A stretch of DNA of 59,664 nt from a virus. The position numbers and the translations under genes were made by a program. The stretch is taken from IMG/VR virus record IMGVR_UViG_3300024581_003789, positions 1 through 59,664 of that record. One strand, 5' to 3'. The notes beneath the pieces were generated by a model. It did no database searches and was not told where the DNA came from. It was given only the letters and a program-made list of their open reading frames with translations. Numbering within the stretch: position 1 is the first letter of the stretch; each line of letters starts with the position of its first letter. Of this stretch, positions 1 to 8,736 are shown in pieces.

Positions 1-51
1 TTTTTGTAAATTATCTAAAATTAGCTTTATTAATTTAGTGTCCTTATTCAT
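1..51 (-). CDS. 5' end of a putative gene running off the left edge (MNKDTKLIKLILDNLQK...)
   Basis: Minus-strand ATG at 51, open to position 1, with AAGG a few nt upstream; divergent from the yeaH-like gene. Only 17 codons are visible. Confidence 0.35.
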   Translation of the reverse strand, partial: MNKDTKLIKLILDNLQK

Positions 52-142
52 ATAGAAACCTTACTTATCTTAATATATATTAACTTAGTCATCAATAACT
101 ATATAATTAGAATAAGAAAATACTACTAAGGGTGAACAATTA

Positions 143-1315
143 ATGTCAATTTTTAAGAATCACAAAACTGTAGCGGATCGTTCTGCTTCAGATAGAAGAC
201 GTCACAAAGAAAAGATTGAAAAAGCAATTAAGGAAGGAATTCATGATATTGTTGCTGAAGAATCTATTATCGGTCAAGACGGAAAAAAGAAGATTAAGAT
301 TCCTGTTAGAGGAATAAAAGAGTACCAATTTATTCATGGCAATGGAAACGGTACTAAAGGTGTAGGTTCTGCACAGGGCCAAGATATCCAAAAAGGTCAA
401 GTTGTAAGACAAGCTAAACAGCAAGGCCAAGCAGGTGGTAAGCCTGATAAACCTGGAGACAGCAAAGGTGAAGATTACTATGATGTAGAAATTTCACTAG
501 ATGAATTAGCAAAGTACTTATTTGATGATTTAAATTTGCCTGATCTAGCCAAAAAGCATAGTGACACTGTAGAGGCTGAAAGAATTAAGAGGAAGGGTTA
601 TAGACCCAAAGGTATCAGAGCACGTCTTTCTAAAAAAGAGACACTTAAAAATAAGATTAGAAGAAAAAAGTCTGCAATTAAAAACGGCACATACGATCCT
701 GAAAGTGGAGAAAGATTTCCTTTTCACTATGATGATTTAAAATATAAACATATTGAAGTAACAAAGAAGCCTATTACTAACGCTGTTATCTTTATGATTA
801 TGGATGTTTCAGGCTCTATGGGTAAAAGAAAGAAATTTTTAGCAAGATCTTTTTACTTCTTATTATATCAATTCTTAAGATACAAATATCAGAACGTTGA
901 GATCGTATTCATTTCACATACAACCGAAGCACAAGAAGTTAATGAAGACGATTTTTTCAAAAAAGCTAGCACTGGAGGAACTTATATTTCTTCTGGATTA
1001 GAATTAGCTGAAAAAGTTGCTTATGAAAGATTTAATCCTTCGTCTTGGAACATTTATACTTTCCACTGTTCAGATGGTGAAAACTGGTCTCAAGATAATG
1101 ACAAGGCACTCTCAAAAATGGAAGAATTAATAAAGATCAGTCAATTGGCCGGATATATTCAAATCAAGCCTGAGGATTCTTTATTATGGGGAGATGAAAT
1201 GGCAGAAGTATTCGCTCCCTTAATTAACGATAAATTTAAAGTTTGCAAGATTAGAGACAAAGATGATGTTTGGCCAGAATTTGCAAAACTATTTGGAGGT
1301 AAATATGAGCTCTGA
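143..1315 (+). CDS. yeaH: YeaH/YhbH family protein (DUF444, vWA domain)
   Basis: N-terminal DRRRHKEKIEKAIKE..IVAEESII..KIKIPVRGIKEYQF; MIDAS-type MDVSGSMG; GGTYISSG; WNIYTFHCSDGENW. Confidence 0.93.
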   Translation: MSIFKNHKTVADRSASDRRRHKEKIEKAIKEGIHDIVAEESIIGQDGKKKIKIPVRGIKEYQFIHGNGNGTKGVGSAQGQDIQKGQVVRQAKQQGQAGGKPDKPGDSKGEDYYDVEISLDELAKYLFDDLNLPDLAKKHSDTVEAERIKRKGYRPKGIRARLSKKETLKNKIRRKKSAIKNGTYDPESGERFPFHYDDLKYKHIEVTKKPITNAVIFMIMDVSGSMGKRKKFLARSFYFLLYQFLRYKYQNVEIVFISHTTEAQEVNEDDFFKKASTGGTYISSGLELAEKVAYERFNPSSWNIYTFHCSDGENWSQDNDKALSKMEELIKISQLAGYIQIKPEDSLLWGDEMAEVFAPLINDKFKVCKIRDKDDVWPEFAKLFGGKYEL

Positions 1316-2630
1316 TTGGGGTGTCAACGATCTTAAAAAATGGGACGATAAAATTTGTGAGATTGCTCAAGGCTATGGATTAGACTGGCATGAAATTAGT
1401 TATGAGATATGCGACTATTATGAAATGATTGGGCATATGTCTTATCACGGCATGCCGAGTCACTATAACCACTGGACATTTGGGAAGTCATTTGAAAAGA
1501 CACACTTAAATTACAACATGGGACAAGCAGGATTACCTTATGAAATGATCATTAATTCTAATCCTTCAATTGCTTATCTGATGATGCAGAATCCACTCTA
1601 CTTGCAAGTCCTTATTATGGCTCATTGTATTGGTCACAGTGACTTTTTCAAAAACAATAGAATGTTTAAAGACACAGATCCGGACCATGTCGTTTCTAGA
1701 ATGAGAAATGCTAAAAAAAGAATCCAGAGTTATGTTGAGGATCCTCTCATTGGTCAAGAAAAAGTAGAAAATTTCTTAGATAATCTACATGCAATCAAGT
1801 ATCAGACTAATAGATACAACTCACCCAGAAAAACAAAAGAAGAGATCAAGTCTCAAGAAATCAAGAAGTTTAATAGCTACAAAAAGAAAGGAATTATTTT
1901 AGACGAATCAGTCTTAGATAGACAAAGACTTTTAAGACCTGATCATGATCTATTGGCATTTTTCCCTGAGTATTATCCAGAATTTTTCCAAGACTGGCAA
2001 TTAGATATCTTCAATATCGTAAGAGAAGATAGCTTATATTTTATGCCTCAAATTCAGACAAAAATTCTTAATGAAGGTTGGGCTTCTTTTTGGCACTACA
2101 AGATCCTGCATGATTTAAATTTAGGCGATGACATGCATTTACCGTTTTTAAAAATGCACAATGCAGTTGTAAGACCTCACTTGGGTGGAGTTAACCCTTA
2201 TCATGTTGGATTCTATATTTTCCAAAAAATTGAGAGAGAAGAAGGTCTTGAAAGATGTTTTGAAGTCAGAGAAATTCATGACGATGTATCAGCTTTGAGA
2301 ATGTTACTAGACGAAGAAGACTTTAGAGAATTAAACTTTTTTGCCTATGAAAACAAAAGAGACGGAAGTGCTGTTGTATCTGAAGTAGTAGATCATGATG
2401 ACTGGAAAGTTGTACGCAATGAATTAATTAAAAATACCGGTATTAATATGATACCACACGTATATGTAGACAGAGTTGATGCTGACAATACTTTAGTATT
2501 GAAACATGAACACGACGGAAGAGATCTAGACCTAGACTATGCTGATAAAGTAATGGATCATGTCAGAGATATCTGGCCTCACGATGCAAAACTTTTTACA
2601 ATTATTGAAGAAGAAGTTTGGGAAATTTAA
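1305..2630 (+). CDS. spoVR: SpoVR/YcgB family protein
   Basis: GMPSHYNHWTFGKSF, LPYEMIINSNPSIAYLM, AHCIGHSDFFKNN, YFMPQIQTKILNEGWASFWH, NPYHVG. Start moved from 1263 to ATG 1305 because GGAGG lies just upstream. Confidence 0.93.
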   Translation: MSSDWGVNDLKKWDDKICEIAQGYGLDWHEISYEICDYYEMIGHMSYHGMPSHYNHWTFGKSFEKTHLNYNMGQAGLPYEMIINSNPSIAYLMMQNPLYLQVLIMAHCIGHSDFFKNNRMFKDTDPDHVVSRMRNAKKRIQSYVEDPLIGQEKVENFLDNLHAIKYQTNRYNSPRKTKEEIKSQEIKKFNSYKKKGIILDESVLDRQRLLRPDHDLLAFFPEYYPEFFQDWQLDIFNIVREDSLYFMPQIQTKILNEGWASFWHYKILHDLNLGDDMHLPFLKMHNAVVRPHLGGVNPYHVGFYIFQKIEREEGLERCFEVREIHDDVSALRMLLDEEDFRELNFFAYENKRDGSAVVSEVVDHDDWKVVRNELIKNTGINMIPHVYVDRVDADNTLVLKHEHDGRDLDLDYADKVMDHVRDIWPHDAKLFTIIEEEVWEI

Positions 2631-2684
2631 TTTTACTTCAAAAAACTTACAAAATATTATTATAGTGATACAGGAGAACAATAT

Positions 2685-4625
2685 ATGGCACGCAATAAAA
2701 AAGACTTTTTAAAGCTCATTAAAGAGCAGAGAAAATCTAAAAGCAAAGAAAAATTTAGTGGTACTTTTATTGACTACTTGGAATTGGTAAAAGACAATCC
2801 AGGATCGGTAAAATTAGCCCATCGACGTCTATACGAAACTATTAATAATCGTGGCGTTGAAACGCTTGATGTTGGAAATGACGGATATCGTGATATTTTC
2901 AACGGAGACAAAATTAGAAAATATGATTACTTTGAAAAAGAATTCTTTGGTATGGAATCAGTAATCAATAAACTTATGAGATTTATGAAATCGGCAGCTT
3001 TTAAAGGTGAAGAAAGTCGCCAGGTTCTTCTCTTAATGGGTCCGGTAGGGGCAGGAAAATCAGCTCTTATTGATTCAGTTAAGCGTGCACTGGAAACTGC
3101 TGAAGACTATTACTACTTAGAAGGTTGCCCAGTGAGAGAAGAACCTCTTCATCTTTTACCTAGAAGTTTAAGAGGTGAATTTGAAGAGCTTTTGGGTGTA
3201 CATATTGAAGGTGATCTTTGTCCAGTATGTCGTCATCGATTAATGACAGAATTTGAAGGTGAATACGAAAAATTCCCAGTAAAGCAAACCGGTTTTTCTC
3301 AGCGAGGCCGAAGAGGTATCGCAGTAGTGCCACCTATGGACGCAAACTCTCAAGACGTATCAGTTTTGATTGGTACTGAAGATATTTCAAAACTAGATCT
3401 TTATCCTGAAGATGACCCACGTGTTTTGTCACTTAATGGTGCGTTTAACGTTGGTAATCGCGGTATCGTTGAGTTTGTTGAGGTATTTAAGAATGAGATT
3501 GAATTCTTACATACAATGTTAACAGCAACGCAAGAGAAACGTGTGCCTACCCCAGGTAAAAACGATATGCTTTATTTTGACGGGGTGATATTATCCCATT
3601 GTAATGAGTCAGAGTGGAACAGATTTAAATCTGAACACACTAACGAGGCTATTCTGGACAGGGTATTGAAGATTGAAGTTCCTTATGTTTTAGAATTGGA
3701 TCAAGAACAAAAGATTTACGAAAAAATTATTGGAAGATCTGACTTCCGAGGTGCACATATCGCCCCTCATACATTAAAGGTAGCATCAATGTTCTCAGTT
3801 ATGTCGCGTTTGCAAAACTCTAGAAAGTGTGACTTATTGACGAAGATGAAAATCTACAATGGTGAAGCCATTATTGAAAAAGGTCGAGTTAAGAAAGTAG
3901 ATATTCGTGACTTGAAAGCTGAAGCTAAACATGAAGGAATGGAAGGTATTTCTACTCGTTTCATTATGAAAGCTTTGGATGCAGCATTGTCAGACTCAGA
4001 TGACGGTATGATTACTCCAATCAATGTTGTTGATTCTTTGATTAAGCAAGTAAAAGAGCAAATTATTGACGAAGATGCTCAAACACGATATTTGGAAATT
4101 TTGCAAAAAATTATTCGAGAAGAGTACTTACGAATTCTTGAAACAGAAATTGCCAAAGCATTTATCACTGCTTATGAAGAACAAGCACAATCTTTGTTTG
4201 ATTCCTACTTGGATAATGCTGAATGTTATACAACTAATTCAAAAGTTAAAAACAGAATCACACGCGAAGAAACAGAACCAGATGAAAAATTCATGAGAAC
4301 AATTGAAGAAATGATTGGTGTTGTTGGTTCATCTCGTGATGGATTTAGAAATGATGTTACTGCATTTATGTTTGCAAAACTCCGTAAAGGCGAAACAGTC
4401 GATTATAAGTCTTACGGTCCTTTGAAGGAAGCAATCGAGCAATACTTGATTTCATCAGTTAAAGATATCGCAAGAATCGTAACTCGATCTAAGTCTCGTG
4501 ATGATGATCAGCGACGTAAATATTCAGATATGATTCAAACTTTAATTGAAGAATACGGTTATAATGAAGCTTCAGCTGAGGAGATCTTAACATATGCAAG
4601 CAACAATTTGTGGCGTGACTCCTAA
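2685..4625 (+). CDS. prkA: PrkA/YeaG family AAA+ serine protein kinase
   Basis: FFGME, Walker A LLLMGPVGAGKS, GCPVREEPLHL, IEGDLCPVCR, GNRGIVEFVEVFK, NEAILDR, HIAPHTL, EGMEGISTRF; AGGAG RBS. Confidence 0.95.
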   Translation: MARNKKDFLKLIKEQRKSKSKEKFSGTFIDYLELVKDNPGSVKLAHRRLYETINNRGVETLDVGNDGYRDIFNGDKIRKYDYFEKEFFGMESVINKLMRFMKSAAFKGEESRQVLLLMGPVGAGKSALIDSVKRALETAEDYYYLEGCPVREEPLHLLPRSLRGEFEELLGVHIEGDLCPVCRHRLMTEFEGEYEKFPVKQTGFSQRGRRGIAVVPPMDANSQDVSVLIGTEDISKLDLYPEDDPRVLSLNGAFNVGNRGIVEFVEVFKNEIEFLHTMLTATQEKRVPTPGKNDMLYFDGVILSHCNESEWNRFKSEHTNEAILDRVLKIEVPYVLELDQEQKIYEKIIGRSDFRGAHIAPHTLKVASMFSVMSRLQNSRKCDLLTKMKIYNGEAIIEKGRVKKVDIRDLKAEAKHEGMEGISTRFIMKALDAALSDSDDGMITPINVVDSLIKQVKEQIIDEDAQTRYLEILQKIIREEYLRILETEIAKAFITAYEEQAQSLFDSYLDNAECYTTNSKVKNRITREETEPDEKFMRTIEEMIGVVGSSRDGFRNDVTAFMFAKLRKGETVDYKSYGPLKEAIEQYLISSVKDIARIVTRSKSRDDDQRRKYSDMIQTLIEEYGYNEASAEEILTYASNNLWRDS

Positions 4626-5832
4626 AGTTGATGTATATAAAAGAGAAGTCTTAGTTGACTTTTTAAAAAAAGAAAAAGAGCATTTTTTGAACATTGCTGA
4701 TAAAGGTGCTCTTTATCAAAACAAAGCCTTGATAGAAACATCAGGGCTTAATTATTTTAATATACTACCAGTTGGAAAAATCAATACAGCTCTAAAGAAT
4801 CTTATCTTAAAAGAATACGACGATTGTGAAAAAAGATATCCCTACTTAGGAGAATATTTTATAAGCACTTTCTTTGGAGAGAAAGTCAAGACAAAAACCA
4901 ATTTAAGAAAATTTGAAAAGAGATACCAAAAAGACTTTTTGAATTCTATTTCTAATAAAGATGTAAAGATTATTATTGAATGGATGTTTGATAATGTCAA
5001 CCTTGAAAGATCGATTAACATAGACAGGCACGAAGGAAAAGATATCTGCCTGGAAAAAGAAGACAGTTTTTCTCTCAATCTATCATATGACTACGACTTC
5101 TTTAATCCGATGAATAACGTTACTTTTAGAGATTACAAATTTATCATAATCAATGGTTACATAGAGTCAGTTGGCGAAGTCCATCATTTATTTACTAAAG
5201 CAAACGAAACTAAAATCCCTTATGTTATTTTTTGCTATGGAATGTCTGAAGAAGTTAAACACAATATTATGGTCAATAATAAAAGAGGTTCTTTTGTTGT
5301 TCTACCCGTTTCACTAGATTCTAATGATGAAAACACTTTAAATATTTTGAATGATATCGCTGTTCTTCACGACGGAGATATTGTCAGCAGTGACATGGGA
5401 CAAACAATATCACAAGAGGTGAGAAAAGAGCTTAAAACAGGAAAGAAAATATCTTTTAAAGAAGGTAGAATTTATTTAGATCCTGTTGCTAGCAATGAAA
5501 AACTTGACTCACATAAAAAGTTTTTAATTAAAAGATTGGAAGATGCGCTTAATAAGCCTGACGTCAACGTTGATCCTATTAGAAATCGAGTTAAAAACTT
5601 TTCAGTTAAGAGCTTAAACATTTACGTCCCTGATGAAGTAGCCAGACACAATAGTTTCCAAAGAGACATGACTTATTGTCTAGGTTTTTTAAAAAATATT
5701 GATAAAGAATATAAAATTTTATCGATAGGGAAAAAAGATTATTATATACCAAAGGTTTTGGTTAGATACGCTGATGAAAAGCGTAAAAGCCTAGAATCTA
5801 TATTAGAAAACATAGATATAATTTTATCATAG
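4594..5832 (+). CDS. Degenerate GroEL/Cpn60-like protein (intermediate and apical domains kept, ATP-binding motif lost)
   Basis: FIIINGYIESVGEVHHLFTKANETKIPYVIFCYGMSEEVKHNIMVNNKRGSFVVLPV..ILNDIAVLHDGDIVSSDMG aligns by eye with the GroEL apical domain ([77 protein letters not shown]). No GDGTTT. Start overlaps prkA and is uncertain. Confidence 0.8.
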   Translation: MQATICGVTPKVDVYKREVLVDFLKKEKEHFLNIADKGALYQNKALIETSGLNYFNILPVGKINTALKNLILKEYDDCEKRYPYLGEYFISTFFGEKVKTKTNLRKFEKRYQKDFLNSISNKDVKIIIEWMFDNVNLERSINIDRHEGKDICLEKEDSFSLNLSYDYDFFNPMNNVTFRDYKFIIINGYIESVGEVHHLFTKANETKIPYVIFCYGMSEEVKHNIMVNNKRGSFVVLPVSLDSNDENTLNILNDIAVLHDGDIVSSDMGQTISQEVRKELKTGKKISFKEGRIYLDPVASNEKLDSHKKFLIKRLEDALNKPDVNVDPIRNRVKNFSVKSLNIYVPDEVARHNSFQRDMTYCLGFLKNIDKEYKILSIGKKDYYIPKVLVRYADEKRKSLESILENIDIILS

Positions 5833-5843
5833 GAGATAATATC

Positions 5844-6092
5844 ATGGCAAAATCAACAAAGAGTACTACTAGTACAGCAACAACAGTTAATAGAACAAAA
5901 GTAATGCGATCAGTTGCTTCATCAATTGAATTCATTAAAAGTCAAATTGCTAATGATTTAATGACCGCAAAAAACAATAAAATGATCGATCTTTCTATCG
6001 AGGATTTGCAAAAAGTTTCTTCTTTGGTAGAAGCAAGCATTTCAAACTCTTTTGTTAAGACCTCAGGACAGATTGAGACACAACTTAAGTAA
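5844..6092 (+). CDS. Hypothetical small helical protein
   Basis: AGGAG RBS; tightly packed in the operon. Confidence 0.7.
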   Translation: MAKSTKSTTSTATTVNRTKVMRSVASSIEFIKSQIANDLMTAKNNKMIDLSIEDLQKVSSLVEASISNSFVKTSGQIETQLK

Positions 6093-6097
6093 AAAGA

Positions 6098-6562
6098 ATG
6101 CTAGGTCAGAAACATTTAGTTGAGTGTCATTGTGTACTTCCTCTATATAAGGGGAAAGACCCAATTGTGTACCATAAGTTTACCGTTTACAGCAAAATTG
6201 ACGAAAGAGGAAGTATTATTCCTAAATATGTCAATTGCAATAACTGTGGAATCACACATCATGTATACGAAATATGTCGATCAGATATTAAGGTGGGCAA
6301 AGAAGATATTCCCTCTGTAAGATCTGTTGAAGACATATCTATTTCATTACCCGAAAGATTAGTAAAAATCTTAAAAGATAATGAAAGAGACGTTTCTGAC
6401 TATGAAATGATTGAAGATGCTTTTGAGCAAGATATATTCCCAATAAACATTATTGTGTCTAGGGAGATAATTGATGAAGAGTATCAGATAAAAATATTAG
6501 AAATTAAATCAAAAAATAGTTTTAAGATATCCTCTGAAACAATTAAAACAATTATTAGGTGA
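6098..6562 (+). CDS. Hypothetical protein, probable Zn-binding (CHC...CNNC..H...C)
   Basis: ECHC and CNNCGITHHVYEIC motifs. Confidence 0.7.
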   Translation: MLGQKHLVECHCVLPLYKGKDPIVYHKFTVYSKIDERGSIIPKYVNCNNCGITHHVYEICRSDIKVGKEDIPSVRSVEDISISLPERLVKILKDNERDVSDYEMIEDAFEQDIFPINIIVSREIIDEEYQIKILEIKSKNSFKISSETIKTIIR

Positions 6563-6565
6563 AAT

Positions 6566-6823
6566 ATGAGCTACTCAATACAAATGGAACGTCTAGCACG
6601 TCAAAAACAACAAGCTAGGGAGATAGTAAGAGAAGTACTTAATTTTGGTGTAACCGAACAGCAAAAATTAGATATCATTAACGGTATTGTTGTTTCTTTA
6701 GAAAACAACGCTGCACTTAAAGAGTTATCAGAAGTTATTAAAAAGTACAGAGAGACTATTAACAAAGAAGAAGAAACAGAAAATAATAATAATGCTAAGC
6801 AAAATAAAATTATTCTAGAATAA
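6566..6823 (+). CDS. Hypothetical protein
   Basis: AGGTG RBS; operon packing. Confidence 0.7.
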   Translation: MSYSIQMERLARQKQQAREIVREVLNFGVTEQQKLDIINGIVVSLENNAALKELSEVIKKYRETINKEEETENNNNAKQNKIILE

Positions 6824-6837
6824 ACGAGGAGGAAATC

Positions 6838-7029
6838 ATGTCGTTAAATGAAAGTTTATTAGCACAATTTGAAGAACTTAAGCTCTTGGTGGAGACTTTG
6901 CAAAGCGATGTTGTAAAGAACGCACAGGGAAACAAATCTGCAGGTATTAGAGCGCGTAAAGGATTGCGCGAAGCCAAAAAAATGGCCTCGGCAATCGTTA
7001 AAACCTCTCTAGAATCTGACAAAGCTTAA
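6838..7029 (+). CDS. Histone H1-like (Hc1 family) small DNA-binding protein
   Basis: GNKSAGIRARKGLREAKK matches the Hc1-family GNKAAGxRARK signature; strong GAGGAGG RBS. Confidence 0.8.
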   Translation: MSLNESLLAQFEELKLLVETLQSDVVKNAQGNKSAGIRARKGLREAKKMASAIVKTSLESDKA

Positions 7030-7049
7030 ATAAGTTTTTAAATTTGAGA

Positions 7050-7298
7050 TTAAAGGCTTAGAGATGATAATTTGTCTCTAAGCTTTTTTATTGCATTCTT
7101 TTCAATTTGGCAAATTCTCATTCTTGTTACACCAAATAAATCACCTACATCTTGTAGTGTGATTTTGTTTTCATTAAAGCCCTTGTCTTTGAGAAGTAAA
7201 ACACAACAGTTGTTTGATTTACCACAATCAATCCAATACCGACATTGTGTATTTTCGCAAGATTTTTTATTCTTTTGATTATAATTAAAACATTTCAT
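7050..7298 (-). CDS. Stand-alone sigma70 region-4 HTH protein with Cys-rich N-terminus
   Basis: TLQDVGDLFGVTRMRICQIEKNAIKKLR resembles RpoD region 4.2 ([28 protein letters not shown]); six Cys in the N-terminal half; GAGGA RBS. Confidence 0.85.
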   Translation of the reverse strand: MKCFNYNQKNKKSCENTQCRYWIDCGKSNNCCVLLLKDKGFNENKITLQDVGDLFGVTRMRICQIEKNAIKKLRDKLSSLSL

Positions 7299-7326
7299 AT
7301 TATACTTTCCTCATTTGATATTTATG

Positions 7327-7355
7327 ATTATACATCGATATCTTAAAATTAACAA
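7327..7355 (-). promoter_or_regulatory. sigma70-like promoter for the sigma region-4 gene
   Basis: Minus strand TTGTTA-N17-TATAAT, about 30 nt upstream of the ATG at 7298. Confidence 0.6.
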
Positions 7356-7365
7356 AAGGATGATT

Positions 7366-8733
7366 ATGACAGATAGAAAAATATTTATTATCGACACAAG
7401 TGTTTTGTTGTACGATAAGAACTCAATCCACTCCTTTCCTGGAAATGACGTATTAATCCCTTTGGTTGTCTTAGATGAATTAGACAGATTCAAGGACAAA
7501 AAAGGTTTAATTGGCGAAAACGCAAGATACGTCAACAGGTTTTTAGATGATTTGAGAAAAGAAGGTACTTTGCATGACGGTATAGGTATCGATGGTGATC
7601 AAACAATCAAAGTTGCATTGACAGGATTTAACGAAGTACCTGCTGGATTAGATGCCAACTATGCTGACAACAAAATGATCTCTTTGGCTCTGGATGTACA
7701 GAAGAACTCAGATCAAAAGGTAACCTTAGTAACTAAGGACATTAACTTCAGAGTTAAGTGTGATTCTCTAGGAATACATTCTGAAGATTATTACAAAGAT
7801 AAATTAACAATAGCAGACGGAAAAACTTTTAAAGGTTATAGCGAAGTTGAAGCTTATGACCCGTTTATGATTGACTCTCTTTATGAATACGTTAAATCAC
7901 AAGAAAAAGACGGGGATGAAGAAAGGGAAACAGTTGAGTCGTTTTTAGCTTTGTTTGTTGAGCAACACAATCGTGATCCGTATGAAAACGAATATTTTTG
8001 CATTAAATACGAATCAAAATCATTTATTGGAAAGTACGAAGAAGGATCGATAGTAAGAGTTAGACAACCTCAAGACATGCTAGATACATTTGCACGTTTA
8101 GATATTAAGGCTAAGAATAGAGAACAACTTTATGCATTTAATGCTTTACTAGACCCATCAATGCCTTTGGTTACTATTTCTGGATTAGCCGGTAGTGGAA
8201 AAACTTTTATTGCTTTGATGGCGGCTTATTCTCTTGTTCAAGCTGGATATTATGATAGAATTGTTTTTACAAGAAATGTTCAACCTGTAGGCCGTGACAT
8301 TGGTTTCTTGCCTGGAACTGCAGAAGAAAAGATGGCACCGTGGATTGCACCAATCATGGACAACTTAAGAGTAGGACTAAAAGACAGTAATCTATCCCTA
8401 TTCAATACTTTGATGTCGCAAGGAGTTATTGAAATTGCACCGCTGTCTTATATTCGTGGAAGAACCTTTAATGACAGTATACTTATCATGGACGAAGCAC
8501 AAAATGCAACAATACATGAATTGAAAACTGTGATTACGCGAATGGGAGAAAATTCAAAAATTATTCTTCTTGGTGATGTTGATCAGATCGATACACCTTA
8601 CATTGATGCGTTGTCTAACGGTTTGACAATTGTTGCTGAAAAATTCAAAAATCAAGAATGTGCTTCACACATTGCACTTAAGAGGGGAGAAAGATCTCAT
8701 TTGAGTGCGGTGGCAGCTTCAATCTTAGGATAA
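7366..8733 (+). CDS. phoH: PIN-PhoH fusion (PhoH2/YlaK type)
   Basis: PIN: IIDTSVLL, VVLDELD, ADNKMI, LVTKDINFRVK. PhoH: GLAGSGKT, IGFLPG, YIRGRTF, MDEAQN, GDVDQID. Start moved to ATG 7366 after AAGGA. Confidence 0.92.
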   Translation: MTDRKIFIIDTSVLLYDKNSIHSFPGNDVLIPLVVLDELDRFKDKKGLIGENARYVNRFLDDLRKEGTLHDGIGIDGDQTIKVALTGFNEVPAGLDANYADNKMISLALDVQKNSDQKVTLVTKDINFRVKCDSLGIHSEDYYKDKLTIADGKTFKGYSEVEAYDPFMIDSLYEYVKSQEKDGDEERETVESFLALFVEQHNRDPYENEYFCIKYESKSFIGKYEEGSIVRVRQPQDMLDTFARLDIKAKNREQLYAFNALLDPSMPLVTISGLAGSGKTFIALMAAYSLVQAGYYDRIVFTRNVQPVGRDIGFLPGTAEEKMAPWIAPIMDNLRVGLKDSNLSLFNTLMSQGVIEIAPLSYIRGRTFNDSILIMDEAQNATIHELKTVITRMGENSKIILLGDVDQIDTPYIDALSNGLTIVAEKFKNQECASHIALKRGERSHLSAVAASILG

Positions 8734-8736
8734 AAA

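Noticed and set aside
70-83. Perfect palindrome TTAATATATATTAA as an operator
   Set aside because: It is pure A/T low-complexity sequence in an AT-rich gap, and I saw no second copy.
143-2630. spoVR/yhbH as proof of a spore-forming host
   Set aside because: These families are widespread in non-sporulating bacteria and archaea, so the host cannot be assigned from them.
4594-5832. GroEL-like ORF as a simple pseudogene
   Set aside because: The 412-codon frame is uninterrupted despite extreme divergence and sits in an operon, which argues for selection. Not proven without dN/dS.
7021-7049. Terminator between the convergent Hc1-like and sigma-4 genes
   Set aside because: Only a weak AT-rich stem (AAAGCTT-AAAT-AAGTTTT), which is not convincing.
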